Source: Isurus oxyrinchus
Lineage: Eukaryota
DNA: 64,000 bases
Assembly (NCBI GenBank): GCA_026770705.1
Contig: JANJGN010000010.1
Location: 17,546,001 to 17,610,000 of the forward strand
Reading direction: 5' to 3'
The notes below the pieces were generated by a model, which searched no databases, had not been told where the DNA came from, and saw only the letters and a list, made by a program, of their open reading frames with translations. The translations under genes were made by a program, and so were the position numbers. Positions 1 through 12,423 of this stretch are shown here, piece after piece. Position 1 is the stretch's first letter; each line of letters opens with the position of its first letter.

Positions 1-1700
1 CAGATGCTCAAGAGGCATTGGGAATAACTAGAAGTGGAGGCCAATGTCAGGAGTGTTGCTCCAAGAACATTAAGATGCAGTGCAGGAAGAAGTTTAAGGA
101 TCCCACAAGTTATCAAGTTGAGTGAGTTCATCTTCAAATGGCACATCCTGCCCTACACCACTAGTTTCATCCACAGCTCAATTCACTAAATACTCATCAC
201 CACATCTATCAACATTCTCCACCATTCAGGGCTCAACCGTTGAATTTATTTTCCTTACCTCACCCTCACCACACTTAGCACTGTTGCAAACCTCACACCC
301 ACACCTCTTAGCTTAATATGCTGACAGCTTCCATTGCAACATAAACAATTTCCTTTAAAGATCTGAGTGGTACAGTAAAAACTCAGACTGCTGCCTGCCT
401 TTCATGCTCAAACTGATGCGGTCCTGGGTCTGCGTACCTTTGTTCAAAGGGGCTTCTAGGGCCCCACAGCGGTCCAAAGGTGCCACTCCAAGAGAGTGCC
501 AGTGGCCTCATGGAGCACAGATGGCTTTCCTCCCTCAGGATGACCACAACCAATTCTTGCTCCAACCCTTGCCACTGCCAGTGCCCTTACCTTGCTACTG
601 CTGTCAGCCAGCCACCCCAGACTGCTGCAGCCCAGGGCAAAATGGTGCAATTTGAAGCTTCTAGGCCTAGAGATGCTCCAGGCTACTGTTCAAGGCTGTT
701 TTCCATTTCCTCAGTTGGAAGTCAGCAGCCTTTCACCACCCATATTGCAGCAAGTGGAGGAACATCTCATGGGAGCACCAATATTTGCAAAGATATATGA
801 AAGATAGGCACTAAGAGAATACACAAAGGTGATTAGCTGTTTTGTAGGCATTATGCCATGATTGAAATTGTAAATTTGGAATGGAATGTGCATCTTCTGA
901 TGGTTTTTCTTTTTGCTTTGTCAGAAGGCAGATAATGCGATAGTTGCTGATAAGAGGGAAGGTAACAAAAGGAATTGGTGAACGGAGAGGAGTAGCAGAG
1001 GTTACTTGGTATCACTCATAATTTCATTACATAGAGTCCAGACAGAAAGGGTCTACATTGTGGCCTCCATTTCTCTTCCTATTCCTCCATTTCCTGTTGC
1101 ACTTCCCCCTTCTTCCCTCTTCAAGCAACTTGTCCAATCCTGTGGGCCTCTCTTCATTCTTGCAGTCATGCTCAATTCCAAGAGTAAAGTCTACCAGGCC
1201 ACCCATGTCTGGATGAAATGTATTTCAGCACAAGCATTTAAATGAGTAAAATGCACTTCAGCACCAGTCACACTACTCTCTGTAGATTATTGAAGCCAAT
1301 AGAAAAGCTCCAAAACATATTATTGCACCAGGAACCAGAAGAAGTAATGCAGTAACTAACCTGTAGGTACTTCATAATCCCTTTAAATAATGCTAGTGGG
1401 GGAACCTTTATGCAGTTTGATGTTGTGTTCAACTTAGAAAGGTGTTGGCTGGTGCATGGTGTTTGAATGGCTGTGCTGGTGTCAAATCTATGTTGTACAC
1501 TGATTAGCATCATAACTTGCCTGCTCTGGATGCTGTCGACAGGGGGGGTGGGGCAGTTATTAGATTCCTGCCATGTGGTTCTCTTTTGAGCTGTTTGGTT
1601 TAGAGCAAACTGGCTACCAGGGACATCTCTTTCAAGCAGGGTTCAGTTGAAATTCTGAGTAATGGCTAAAAAGGTTTAAAATCCTTCATAACTTAAGGTC
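1..1700. mobile_element. Highly decayed PIF/Harbinger remnant (Myb/SANT exon on +, possible transposase remnant on -); runs off the window edge
   Basis: 1-125 reads (with frameshifts) QMLKRHWE*LEVEANVRSVAPRT..MQCRKKFKD, the same W..V...R...QCRK.(M/F).D motif as the Myb exon at 11411-11650. Minus strand near 1330-1360 resembles the transposase VTAL..F.SGS motif. Right boundary approximate. Confidence 0.5.
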
Positions 1701-3944
1701 TCAACTCACAGTGGGATCACCAAGCTGAGGAGAGAGAGGGTTTTAGATGCTAGACTCCGGAGTTGAAGAACATTAGAACCAGGAGAGTACTGGCCCAAGG
1801 TGGCTACGCTCAAGATCCTAGCGTTGAACTGGGAGCTTAAAACCATGGGATGGTTGGAGGTGATGTGAAGAGACAACTTTACTGAAAGTAAGCAGAAGGT
1901 CCAAGAAATCTCAAGCTTTATACAAATTTTTGAAACAGTAGTCTTGTGACCCTCCCCCTCCCCCATCGCCATCACTCACTTGTGCCTGGGTCCCAACTTG
2001 ATCCAAGGCCTCAAGTGGGTCCATTACTGGCAGCAGCCACCACCTCTTGGGTGGCACTGCAAGGTTCTCATTGCCCAGTAGCTCTTCGTGGGTGAGATTT
2101 CCAGCCCCAGGGTCCTTGATCCTGGGGAAAGCCCGCTGGTGGCCTCTTAAGTGCTTGAGTGGCACATTGTCCGACGAGCCTTCCCAAACAAAGGTGATGT
2201 GGGGGTGGGGGGTTACGCTGGCCCTCTCATAATATTACAGTAATAAAGTTATCCAGGGTTTTTTTAAAACAATATTAATTGTGCATTGCAAAGAAAATAA
2301 TTTTAATAAATTTTGAACACTTTACTCCTGATTGCCTTGTCTACATTCATTCCTACATTCTTCTGAATTTTACTTTTATTTCTCAATGATAAAACCTATT
2401 CTATTATTTCTTGAGTGTTTAATGTGGATTAAATTACGTTTGTATTGCTCTGCCCATCAATCTTTTTGAAGGTGAAATTCCTAAGTATATTATATCTCAT
2501 TGCCAACTCAGACCGCTCCATTGTGCTCCATCAAAATAAATCATCAGCAAAGCTCTGGAGGTTAAACCATCCCCACCAATTGTGAATTTAACCTATCGCT
2601 GCTTAGTCTCCTTTGAATGATTTCTTTACTTATGACAAGCTGATTGTTCTCTACCTCCGCTGTTTTATAACAAATTGACAAGAAATGCACTGAGTAACCC
2701 AAGTTGGAAGAGGTATTATGACACAGCTGCAGTGTCCCTGCCTCTGAGCTAGAAGCTCTTGGGTACAAGTCCCACTATAGGACTTAATGGCCATGAAAGG
2801 TCTGTTCACTGTCAATGAGGTTGTGTATCAACTTGCATATCCTTCCAACATATGGCAATGGCAGGTGGCAAGAGTGGGAAAGATTCTTGGCCAGCCATTT
2901 GATGAAAGGAAAATCGGAGTCTCTGCCATCATTATTCATCGCTCTGGACTACTTCAATCATGTAAACGTGCATGTTGCCACAGTAACTTGCACTCCTTAG
3001 GGGTCCAGTTGGCTGGTGTGGATCATATTGGTGCCAACTGCACAGGGTTTGATCCCTGATCCAGCTGTGGTGGGTTCAGGATCTGCCTCCTTGCCCTACT
3101 CATGGCGGGGAGCACAAAGCTTTGTGCTCTCTCAGCTCTCTCCAATTTGGCAACTTGATCAAGATAGTGAATTTTCCAAGTGTCACTGTAACCTTTCCCC
3201 AATCTCAAGAAAATGTTTTAAAAAACAACGTATATGCAAGTATTTTTTATGCAACCTCTGACATATCATGAAAACTATTTTAAAGTATCACTCCACATCC
3301 ACAGCTTTTATAGGTGCGCGTTCTGAATGGTAATACAGGGTCACTCAGCATAGCCACACTCAGCGTTGAATGATGCAACAGCATTATGTTCCTACATAAT
3401 TATAATGTTCTTGGAATATCTCATGCCTTGTAGTCCAGCTCCACAATAGTCAAGCAAATAGTCGGCACTCATATAGAATCATACAGAATAGAAGGAGGCC
3501 ATATGTCCCAACGAGCAGCATCAAGTCTATAGCAAAAATGAGGAGATTGAACTGCCTGTAAAGGAAAAATAAAAGTATGAAAAGGCAGAAAACAATCCCA
3601 AAACAAGGCATTCACTGTTATATTAAATTTCAAAGAGCCATCCAATTGCTTTCATTCCCCTGCTCTTTTTCCTACAAAACTTTGTTCCCATTGAAGTGTA
3701 TATAATTTCTGCTCGAGTCTACTTCGACAACTCTTTTGGGAAGTAAGTGTATGAGCTTCAATAAGTATTCTAACTGCAAAATAAAAACGCCTTTTTACAT
3801 TCCACAGTGCAATCATATTGGTACAGTTGTGTGTAACTTGGTATTCAGTGTCAAAAATCCACAAAGCAAGTTGCCCATTGCCATTACAATTGAGTCTGGA
3901 ACAAGCAGACGCTCTTGTTCAAGCATAACCAATTCAAAAAGTAT

Positions 3945-4747
3945 GGGCTGGATTTTCATTACCGAGGCGAGTAGCTCAAGTTTGCTCCGAGGAGGTGGGG
4001 AAGGGATTAGAGTCGGGCCCACCAACCTTGAAAGCAGATCATAGGTGGCCACATGGACAGACGGGTGCCAAGGCAGGCTGGTTGGTAGGCCCACCTCAGT
4101 TCTCTGCGCCCTCTAACCCCCAACTCTCATACTCCCTCACCCTCTACCCCCCCACCGCACCCCCACCCCCTCACCCCCCCCCCCACCCCCCACCCCGACC
4201 CCCCACCACCACCCCCCCCTGCCCCCTTCCCACCATGGCCCCTACATGCCAACTCAAACTGTCAACTAAACTGTGAACTCTATTGAAACTGCAGGAACCG
4301 ATGGTACTTTTTTTCCTCTAGCCTACACTAGATGGCCTCTCAGTCACAACAGTCCAGTAGATTTTTTTTTATAGCTCTTACTGACATTTTAAGCATATAT
4401 TTTTCCAAGTTTGAAGAGCTGGAGATTGAAAAAAAGCTTCAGATCCTGATGCTTGAACAGACCTTGTCTGCCCTTTAAGACCATTTAATCTACTACCTCA
4501 ATTCCTGACACCCACACTGCAGGTTAAGGCTCTTGAAACAGTGAAATTGGGGGTCTGCTTGAGCTCAGCTCTAATTTTAAATGGCCCTGCCGAGTCCAGG
4601 TTTCCTGCCACTGTGATTCACGCCCCGCTCTCTTCACCCACCAGCAAAGATGGGATCTGCCAGAACCACCAAATTTCTGCAGCCGGGTCCTGTCCCCTTA
4701 CTTTTGAAGGCCTCAGAAGTCGGCCTGAGTCTGCAAAAATCCAGCCC
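3945..4747. mobile_element. Non-autonomous Harbinger-type element (MITE)
   Basis: TIR GGGCTGGATTTT (3945) / AAAATCCAGCCC (ends 4747); flanks tat/taa. A fragment of the same end recurs inverted at 16978-17035. Confidence 0.7.
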
Positions 4748-5350
4748 TAAGTCTAAGAATTAGTTAGGTGACTGCTTACCAATATAAAACACTGAGCTGA
4801 ACTTGCCATGCATAAGAATGAAGCTAAACGCATCTTTTAACTTTCATCTAGGTATCAATACCTCAGGCAGCAGATAATTGAGCTGACTGCAGCCAAGAAC
4901 AAAGCACTTCCTGCCTAGTGTCACTAATTTCTACAGATTGTGTTCATCACTAAAAAGGATCCAATTTGTTTTTATCTTGAAATCAGTCTTCTGTTATCTT
5001 TTCTGACCTTCCGCCCCGTTTTATTTTAAAACCACGTTTAAAATTTACATCTCAGCAATCAACTTTGAGGAGATACTTTAGCTGGTAAATTCAAATGATC
5101 TCATAAACGAGAAGCTTTTTTCTTACATTGCTTGGCAAGATATGCAAATTCTAAAATAAGAATTGTGCCTTTCATTCACTAAAGTATTCTTAATTTGAAC
5201 TGCAACTATGCATAACTCAGTCAATCTCTGGTGTGGGACAGAGATGCTGCTGGTAACTGAGGAAAAATTCCAATGCTGGCTGGATGACCATGTGATCTTG
5301 TTGGTTAAAAATAGAGGCATGATTTAATTGCTACAAGAGGTGTGACAGTC

Positions 5351-5650
5351 TAGGTGGCTATGTTGCTGAACTAACAATCCAAAGGTTTTGAGTTCATATT
5401 CCTAGCGTGACAAGTTATGAAACTGAATGCAAAAATCCTCAATAATTTGTGGGATCGCACCCAGAAAAAAATGATCATGACAGTCATTGTTTTATTATTA
5501 AAACTCCGATTTGTTCGCTGATGTAATTGAATGTGCCATTGCTACCGAGATTTGACCTACATGCAACTCCTATCCTGCACCATATGGTTGATTCTTAGGT
5601 CACTCAGAGGGCAATTGGGGATGCTGCCCAAAACCTTAAGAATGAATCAA
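5351..5650 (+). mobile_element. Diverged tRNA-headed SINE copy
   Basis: Degenerate match to 22250-22626 (gagttcatattcc B-box-like, tgtggttgactctta-like, gggcaattggggat tail). Confidence 0.55.
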
Positions 5651-5759
5651 GAAAGGGGCAAGGTTCTCAGGCCTTACCGAGGTTAGGAACGGAGGCAGAT
5701 GGGCCTGAAAAGATCGGCATTCACAGTCACCCTGAACCTGTTGCTCTGATGAAAGGTCA

Positions 5760-6073
5760 CGGCCTCACAGAATGGTTACTGTACATAAGGAGGTCATTCA
5801 GCCCATTGTGTCTGTGCTGTCTCTCCAAAGGGGCAATTTCCCTAATGCCACTCCATAGCCTGCACTCCTTAAAGCTGAAATATATTATTTTCAGATAGTA
5901 TTCCAATTCCCTCTTGAATGTCTCGATTGAACCTGCCTCCACCACACTCTCAGGCAGTGCATCCCAGATCCCAAACGCTCACTGCTTGAAAAAGCTTTGC
6001 CTCATGTCTCCGTTGTTTCTTTTGCCAATTACCTTAAATCTATGCCCTCTTGTTCTCAATCCTTACGCCAACA
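5760..6073 (-). mobile_element. CR1 LINE 3' fragment
   Basis: Matches the CR1 3' end seen at 23930-24240 (tcagcccatt, cctccaccacactctcaggcagtgcatcccagatc); MVEAGSIETFKRELE.YL is the CR1 ORF2 C-terminus. Confidence 0.75.
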
Positions 6074-7160
6074 GTAATGTTGGGCAGATGGGAGGGCAGG
6101 AATGTCCACCACATCGACAATGGGATCCAGGGTTGCTGGGGGAGGCTGAAGAATAACTGGAGGGAGGTTTAACTCTTGAGAGTACAAACATGTTTCCATC
6201 TGGTCCTATTGAGATGAAGTTACATTGTTTCATAGTTTGCCATTGTGAGATTTGAACTCTTGATCTTGGGATTACAAGTCCAGTACCATAACCACTTGGC
6301 TATTTAGGCCAAGCCGATTGGAGGGAGGTTTACCTGCACATCGTGAGATTCCAAGAAAATTAGAGGAACCTGAACACTGACAGGGGACAGTCGAAGCTGG
6401 TCTTCAAATAAAAGCCACCATCTTGAATCCACAATGTAATGGCACAGTTTGAAAATTGGAAAGGAATCTGCACAGGAGGGGTGTGAGGCAGTGTGGAAGG
6501 AGCACACAGCTGGACTGAGGGGCCCTTTCAGGGGGCACTTTCATCTTCTTAGAGACACAGCATTGAAAAAGAGGCAGAACTAAGAGAAAAGAGGAAGACT
6601 TCCTTGAGAAGGTGCCATTGGATCCAATGCCTTTATGCTGTGAACTAATGAGAGACTGCAGAAGTCATTGGCTTCACCATACACTTACTCCATTTGAGCA
6701 TTAACAGAGAGGAATTTGATAATGGAGAATGCAGGCAACCATTAAGGAGGCACAGCTACTGCATATTTCCTAGATGACAATGAAAGCCTCCAATGTGCTT
6801 TCTCCAATTGGAATGGATAACAGGCCAAAGGGCATCCACTCAATGCTCATGTGCAAGTTCACCTTAATTAGTATGCTAGATAAGAGGTTGCAGGAGTGAA
6901 TTTGGTAAAGTGGCACATTTCATGAGTTGCAAGCAAACTTCTTCCAACTTCTGTGATATTGAAGTGTCAAGTAACAGGATTGGCATCTTGGTCACTTCAA
7001 GCTGGGAGTTTGCACCTCAGCTACAAGGCTATATTAGCGAAAAGCTAGTAGTGCAGACACAGCTCTAGGGCATGACAGTGGCTTTCTGTAAGCGAATGGG
7101 AGTTTTACTATATTTGCCCAGTATTCATTAATCTGTTGCATCTATCAGTCCACAGGGAGA

Positions 7161-8341
7161 ATGATGAATAATGGAACTTCAGCTCAACGCTGCCTCCCTG
7201 ATGGTGCTGATCCAATCGTGCCACCCAGTGCAGCTTTTTGGAGGATTCCCCGCCTGAGGCCCATGCTCCAGGGGAGCCCCAGCAGGAACCAGAGGATGAG
7301 AAAGTTAGACCCATCCCATGGGTCTTTCCTATCTGGAGATGAGTAAGAGACAATGCCGCAAACTGTCCTTGTCCAGAAACGTGGTGGATCACATTCTGCA
7401 GCAGGATCTAATGCCCTGTGGACTGGGAGAACATCCCCTGCCAGTGCCCCTGAAAGTCACTGCCATGCTCAGTTTTTTTTCCTGTGGACCATTCCAGGGA
7501 TCGGTTAGGGGACCTATGTAACATCTCACAGTCCTCAGCACATAAATGTATCAAGGAGGTAACAGATGCCCTCTACAATAAGGCTTATCATGACGTGAAG
7601 TTCACACTTGATGAAGCTAGCCAGGCTGCTAGATTTAATGGGTTTGCAGCTGTCTCAATCTTCCCTGGAGTATAGGGAGCAATCAATTGTACACATGTGG
7701 CTTTGAGAGCTCCACAGCAGCAGCCGCTGATGCTCATTTATAGGAAAGGGTTCCACTCCATTAATGTTCAACTGGTGTGCAATCATCAGAAGTACATCGT
7801 GCACATTTGTGCCAGCTACCCTGGGAGTTCCCTTGACTCATACATCCTGAGTCATTCCCAGGTGCCTCATATATTCGAAGGGTCTCAGCAATTACAGGGC
7901 TGGCTTCTTGGGGATAAGGGGTTCCTGCTCAAATGATGGCTCATGACACCCATGCATCATTCTCAGAGTGTCTTGGGGGAGAAATACAATGCTTGACGTA
8001 ATCCAGCATTGAGCAGGCTATTGGCATCCTGAAGATGCGCTTCCGATGTTTGGACTGCTCAGGTGGGGCTCTGCACTGCCCTCCATAGAGGCTGCCCCCC
8101 CCCGCCCCCCCTTGTCATGGTCTGTTGCACCCTTCACCACATGGCGCTTCTAAGGAGGGATCCCTTGCCAGAGGGAGACGTTGGGGAGGCTGAGAGCTCC
8201 TCGGATGATGAAGAGCAAGAAGGGCAAGAAACTGAAGAGGGAGATGAGAGTCAGCTTCCACATGAGGATGCCATCAAAGAAGCACAACATGGAAGACTTG
8301 CCCATGCCAAATTGATAGCCACAAGATACCAGGAGGAGTAA
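7161..8341 (+). pseudogene. Harbinger (HARBI1-like, DDE_Tnp_4) transposase pseudogene
   Basis: Consecutive frames give LKVTAMLSFFSCGPFQ, GDLCNISQSSAHKCIKEVTDAL, FPGV*GAINCTHV (first catalytic D now N), YRKGFHSINVQLVC, YPGSSLDSYIL, WLLGDKGF, IEQAIGILKMRFRCLD, VCCTLHHMAL and an acidic tail. Several stops and frameshifts. Confidence 0.9.
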
Positions 8342-8531
8342 GGTACAGGCAACAGGTGATGGCCACATTCCTCCTGTCCCTTAGTACCATGTCAGTGCAC
8401 TGAAAGGCCTTTACAACCCAGTAAAATTGAGAGAAAGTTAAGTATTTGAACTTGCACCTTCAATCCTCATGATTCACCAGGCCCTAATCTTTGGAATGGT
8501 CAGCGGCGAACTCCGTATCCATGCGTACAGG

Positions 8532-9466
8532 TGTTACACAATTATAATAATTTTCATAATATTATTCTGGTTTGTTGTAATGTAGGTTTATGGGTGTGAG
8601 TGTAGATGGTTCTGATTGTGTGGTTTAATTACATTTGAAGTCAGGTAGACTACAAGCTTGACATTATCAAAAGAAGTTAGGTGTAGAAATGTACTTGAAA
8701 TGCTAATGAATAAACATGGCCGGGGGGTGGGGGGGTGGGGGGGTGGGGGGGTGGTCTTAGCATGGAAGGTGTGAAGGGAGTTTGCATTTTTAGTTAAGTG
8801 AAGGGGTTGTTTGGATTTCAAAGGGATGTTCGGCTGTTTAAAAATAACCAGGTAAGCAAAGCTAAGCAGTGAGTTTATTTTTCCCAAAGGTTACTGACAA
8901 TATTGGCAACATGAAAGATTTTTATATTATGGGAAAGGTAAAGTTCCAGAGACATACGGAACAATGGAAATTACATATTAAAGAGAGAGAAATATATATA
9001 AAGGAAAATGAAAAGTTATGTGTGGGGCCATGTAGGAGTGTGTGAAACAGCCTTTGGGAAGCCTCCAGCCATGTCTGCATAAGTCTGCTGTGTCCAGTAA
9101 CTAAAGTTGGAGAAAGCCATTTGGAATTCCACTGTCAAGTAGGTGCCGCAATAACTTGCTGGCTTATTTGTTTTAAATCTAAAATCTATTTTGGACTCTT
9201 GCCTTAAAGACGGTGTGTCAATTTAATTAGGAATATTAGGATTTGTTATAGTATTAAGTAATTGTAGTCTTATGTATGTGTTTGAAATCTTTTCTTTTGT
9301 TAATAAATATTTTAATTTTAAAAAATCTCTAAAGGTCTTAGCTGACCCATTTGCTCCTGAATTCAGTGCACACATCTTGTAATAAATACAAATTGCAAAA
9401 TTGTTGTGACAGCATGGCCAAGTTTCTCTTGTGGATTTGGTGCACATCACCTCCCACGTCATAACA
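8532..9466 (+). mobile_element. Solo LTR (gypsy/ERV-like) inserted in the Harbinger element
   Basis: Begins TGTTA (8532), ends TAACA (9466); exact 4-bp TSD cagg at 8528-8531 and 9467-9470; AATAAA at 9302 and 9381. Confidence 0.8.
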
Positions 9467-9999
9467 CAGGGAAGAGAAAGTCAGCACAACAGTGCAAACA
9501 TTGCGCTAAAGGACATGATGTGGTCATCGCCACTTTAATGAGAAACTTTTAGTGGATGCTTAATTGAAGAGACCATCATGGCTGCAGATCTTGAGGTTTG
9601 ACACTGCCAATGAAGAGATGCAATTGAAGCTAACCCTCCAAGGCTATTGAGCACACCTCCCTTCATGTTGTCTTGTAAGGGGTAGAGGTCACTAATGCAT
9701 TTTGCAAACACTTCCAATCAAGAGATTGAGACACCTCCCTGACATAACGCAAGGATAGAGCGACTATCATGAGTCAGGTAGACATCACATGAATTGGAAG
9801 CTCACAAAGGGAGACAATTACTGAGTGGGACCATGGCTCACTCATAATAAGAGGGAACACAGATACATGTGGATGACGCTTTCGAATGATGAGACCATTC
9901 TCATGAACAGCAAAAGTCTTTACATATGTGCATGATATATACAGTGACTGAACATCTATGACCCATAAGTGATGTCAAAATGTCGTAGTTTTTCTAACC

Positions 10000-11650
10000 C
10001 TACTGCTACGCCTAACTGAAGCCCTGACACCCACAGCAGAGGTGGAGGATGCATGCTGACTGCTATGGCCTGTTGTCTTTGATGACCGTGGTGGATGTTC
10101 TCTAGAGGCCCGAGGCCTCAAGAGCCCCAGCCACTTAGGGTCTCCTGCTCAGGGGCAGATGCACCCCCCTCAGCCTGACCAACTGGAGTTGATGGGGTCA
10201 CAGGCAGAGGGGATTTGGCACAGCTGCACAGCAGCAGTGTCCTGTGTTGAGGCCTCCAGAGTGTCCAACAGATGCTGATCCTCCGTTTTGGTGCCCAAGG
10301 GCTCCTCCCTGACTCCTTCAGGAGAAAGGGCACCTAGAGCCAGGTTGATGTGCCACACCCTCCTTTCGCCCAGCCATTGATGGGTCCCACTAATGCCTAT
10401 AGCGATGGAGTGCAGGTCTGAGTGCATCTCCGGTAGGATCTGGACCAAGATCTCCAGAGTGGTCGCCACCCTTCCCATGGAGACCTCAAGGCACTCGCAT
10501 GTCAGAGCCATGACATCAGTGGACAGACTCCTCCATCTTTCACTCTAGTCTGTTGACTGTCTCTCGAAACTCTGCCTGATATTCCCCTGCTTGTTGTTGC
10601 CTCTCCAATATGTGTGACATGGCCATTTTCAGAAGCTCACCATCTGACTTGTACTCAGCAGGTGTCTGATCTCCAGCAGTTCTACAAGTGCCAGAGACCT
10701 GGGCTATCACTGCCTCCAACTGCTGTGGGTGAGGTGTTCCCAGAAAGTGACCCCGAGCCTAATCTAGAATTATGAGCCACTGTCTCCGTGCTGGTGGAGG
10801 GTGCAGGTGAACACAGTGACAGACTTTCTTCCGATGGCACCCCAGCATCCTTCGCTGAGATAGGCTGGGGGTTGGGGCTTATGCTGGCCCTGCTGGTGCA
10901 CCTGGACCTGCTGCAGCCTGCAAGAGAGAGACGATAGATTTAGTTGATGAACAGGTCGAATACAAGAATGCATGTCACTCACCGTGAATGTCAGGATGTG
11001 ATCAACTGATGGAGAGCTCATCCATACTGGGTAGCTGGGAGAGGCCAGTCTCTCCTTCCCCACGGGAGCGATCTTTGTCCTCACCTGCCAGTTTAATGGC
11101 ACCCTCCTCCAGTCTGGGCAAGCTTGGCCTGCATGAAGACAAATGGGTAGAATGTGATGAGAATGGACGGAGGAGAAGTTGGGAAGCATGCGTGCCTGCT
11201 GTATGTGCTGAGCCCTCCTCAGTAAGGGCTGAGGATGGAGTTAGTGATGCACGGTAGATGAGATGCTGATGGTGACAAAGTGTCCATGGGAACAATCAGT
11301 GCTAATGTGCCCCTGCTAGCATTGTGTGAGATCCCTGAGCAGCGTAACCCTTTGAGTGCAAGATGCCCCGATGAGAATGTGAGATTGGAGTGAGCTAAAG
11401 GTTGACTTACCCGGGTAGAGCAGATGAGATCATTCATCCTCTTCCTGCACTGGATAGCATTTCTGGGATGGGTGCCTGCTGAACTGACCTCCCTTGCAAC
11501 TGCCTCCCAGGTTGGCAAGGTGAGGTTGTTGGGCTTTCTGGAACCAGTCTTGGGGTAGAGGACATCCCAGTATTGGCACACTCCTCTCATCAAAGCCTCA
11601 GGGGAGTCGGGCCTAAACCTTGGTGCAGCCTTCTTCTTGTGTGCAGCCAT
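10000..11650 (-). pseudogene. Harbinger ORF2 Myb/SANT-like (MSANTD/NAIF1-type) DNA-binding protein pseudogene, at least 3 exons
   Basis: Exon 1 11650-11411: MAAHKKKAAPRFRPDSPEALMRGV...WEAVAREVSSAGTHPRNAIQCRKRMNDLICSTR then gtaagt. Exon 2 ~11128-10983 (ttcatgcag|AKLAQTGGG...|gtgagt). Exon 3 from ~10917 (ctctcttgcag|). Downstream frames broken; 3' end approximate. Confidence 0.8.
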
Positions 11651-11844
11651 CTTGAGATGTTTCCTGAGGACAGCTGGGCTGGAAAGAGTGAATGGGAGTG
11701 TTCGAGTGGCATTTAAATATTGCACCCAGGCCTTCGACCCCATTAGGTAACAGCGGGGCTGGCTATTTGATTCTGAGAGATATGTGGCTTCCGAGTGTGA
11801 AATTAGGCACAAAATCCCACCACTCCAACCAGTGGGAAATGCAT

Positions 11845-11950
11845 TGTTAACTCTGTTTCTCTCTCCACAGATGCTGCCAAATCTGCTGTGTATTTGCAGC
11901 ATTTTTTATTTTTATTTCTGATTTCCAGCACACGCAGTATTTTCCTTTAC
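11845..11950 (+). mobile_element. Old Penelope-like element 3' end fragment
   Basis: gttaactctgtttctctctccacagatgctgcc...ttatttctgatttccagca..cgcagt is a diverged relative of the tail at 19890-19990. Confidence 0.65.
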
Positions 11951-12177
11951 AATTTCTCGGGATTTAGCTCACTGCACACATCAGAATCTTCTTCTTCTTG
12001 GCTGGCAAAACTCTCCCCAAAGTCCTGATTACTACCCAGAATCATGGTAGAAATGAATGCACATGGATAGCATGTTGGAGATAGACACAGCTATGTTGCA
12101 TTCAGTGGGAGAAATATTGTTTTTCTCACAATTACTGCTCAATCTAAGGTGTAAGAATAACCACTTGAATGACAGAG

Positions 12178-12423
12178 ATAAAAACAAAGAAAACTGCGGA
12201 TGCTGGAAATCCAAAACAAAAACAGAATTACCTGGAAAAACTCAGCAGGTCTGGCAGCATCTGCGGAGAAGAAAAGAGTTGACGTTTCGAGTCCTCATGA
12301 CCCTTCGACAGAACTTGATTATCAAGTTCTGTCGAAGGGTCATGAGGACTCGAAACGTCAACTCTTTTCTTCTCCGCAGATGCTGCCAGACCTGCTGAGT
12401 TTTTCCAGGTAATTCTGTTTTTG
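12178..12423 (-). mobile_element. Young Penelope-like pLTR insertion forming a perfect palindrome
   Basis: Arms 12217-12319 and 12321-12423 are exact reverse complements (1-nt spacer); unpaired tail 12178-12216; 15-bp TSD acttgaatgacagag at 12163-12177 and 12424-12438. Confidence 0.85.
12325..12363 (+). ncRNA. Minimal type I hammerhead-ribozyme-like motif with variant core (mirrored on - strand at 12277-12315)
   Basis: agtt-CTGTCGA-a-GGGTC-atgag-GACTC-GAAA-c-GTC-aact: stem I agtt/aact, stem II GGGUC/GACUC, GAAA box and GUC triplet. Core has U in place of conserved A6. Confidence 0.55.

Larger units (their letters stand above)
5655..11822. mobile_element. Decayed autonomous-type PIF/Harbinger DNA transposon with convergent transposase and Myb/SANT genes
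   Basis: Transposase pseudogene 7161-8341 (+) and spliced Myb gene 11650 to ~10000 (-) point towards each other. TIR-like aaaatcccacc at 11811-11821. Left end uncertain (ggggcaaggttc near 5655). Confidence 0.75.

Noticed and set aside
7161-8341. Host HARBI1 gene
   Set aside because: Multiple stops and frameshifts, first catalytic D mutated, embedded in a transposon with its Myb partner; a TE copy, not the domesticated gene.
11219-11902. 227-aa ORF as an intact MSANTD/NAIF1 gene
   Set aside because: Only 11411-11650 is Myb-like; the rest is read-through into upstream sequence and intron, and downstream exons are frameshifted.
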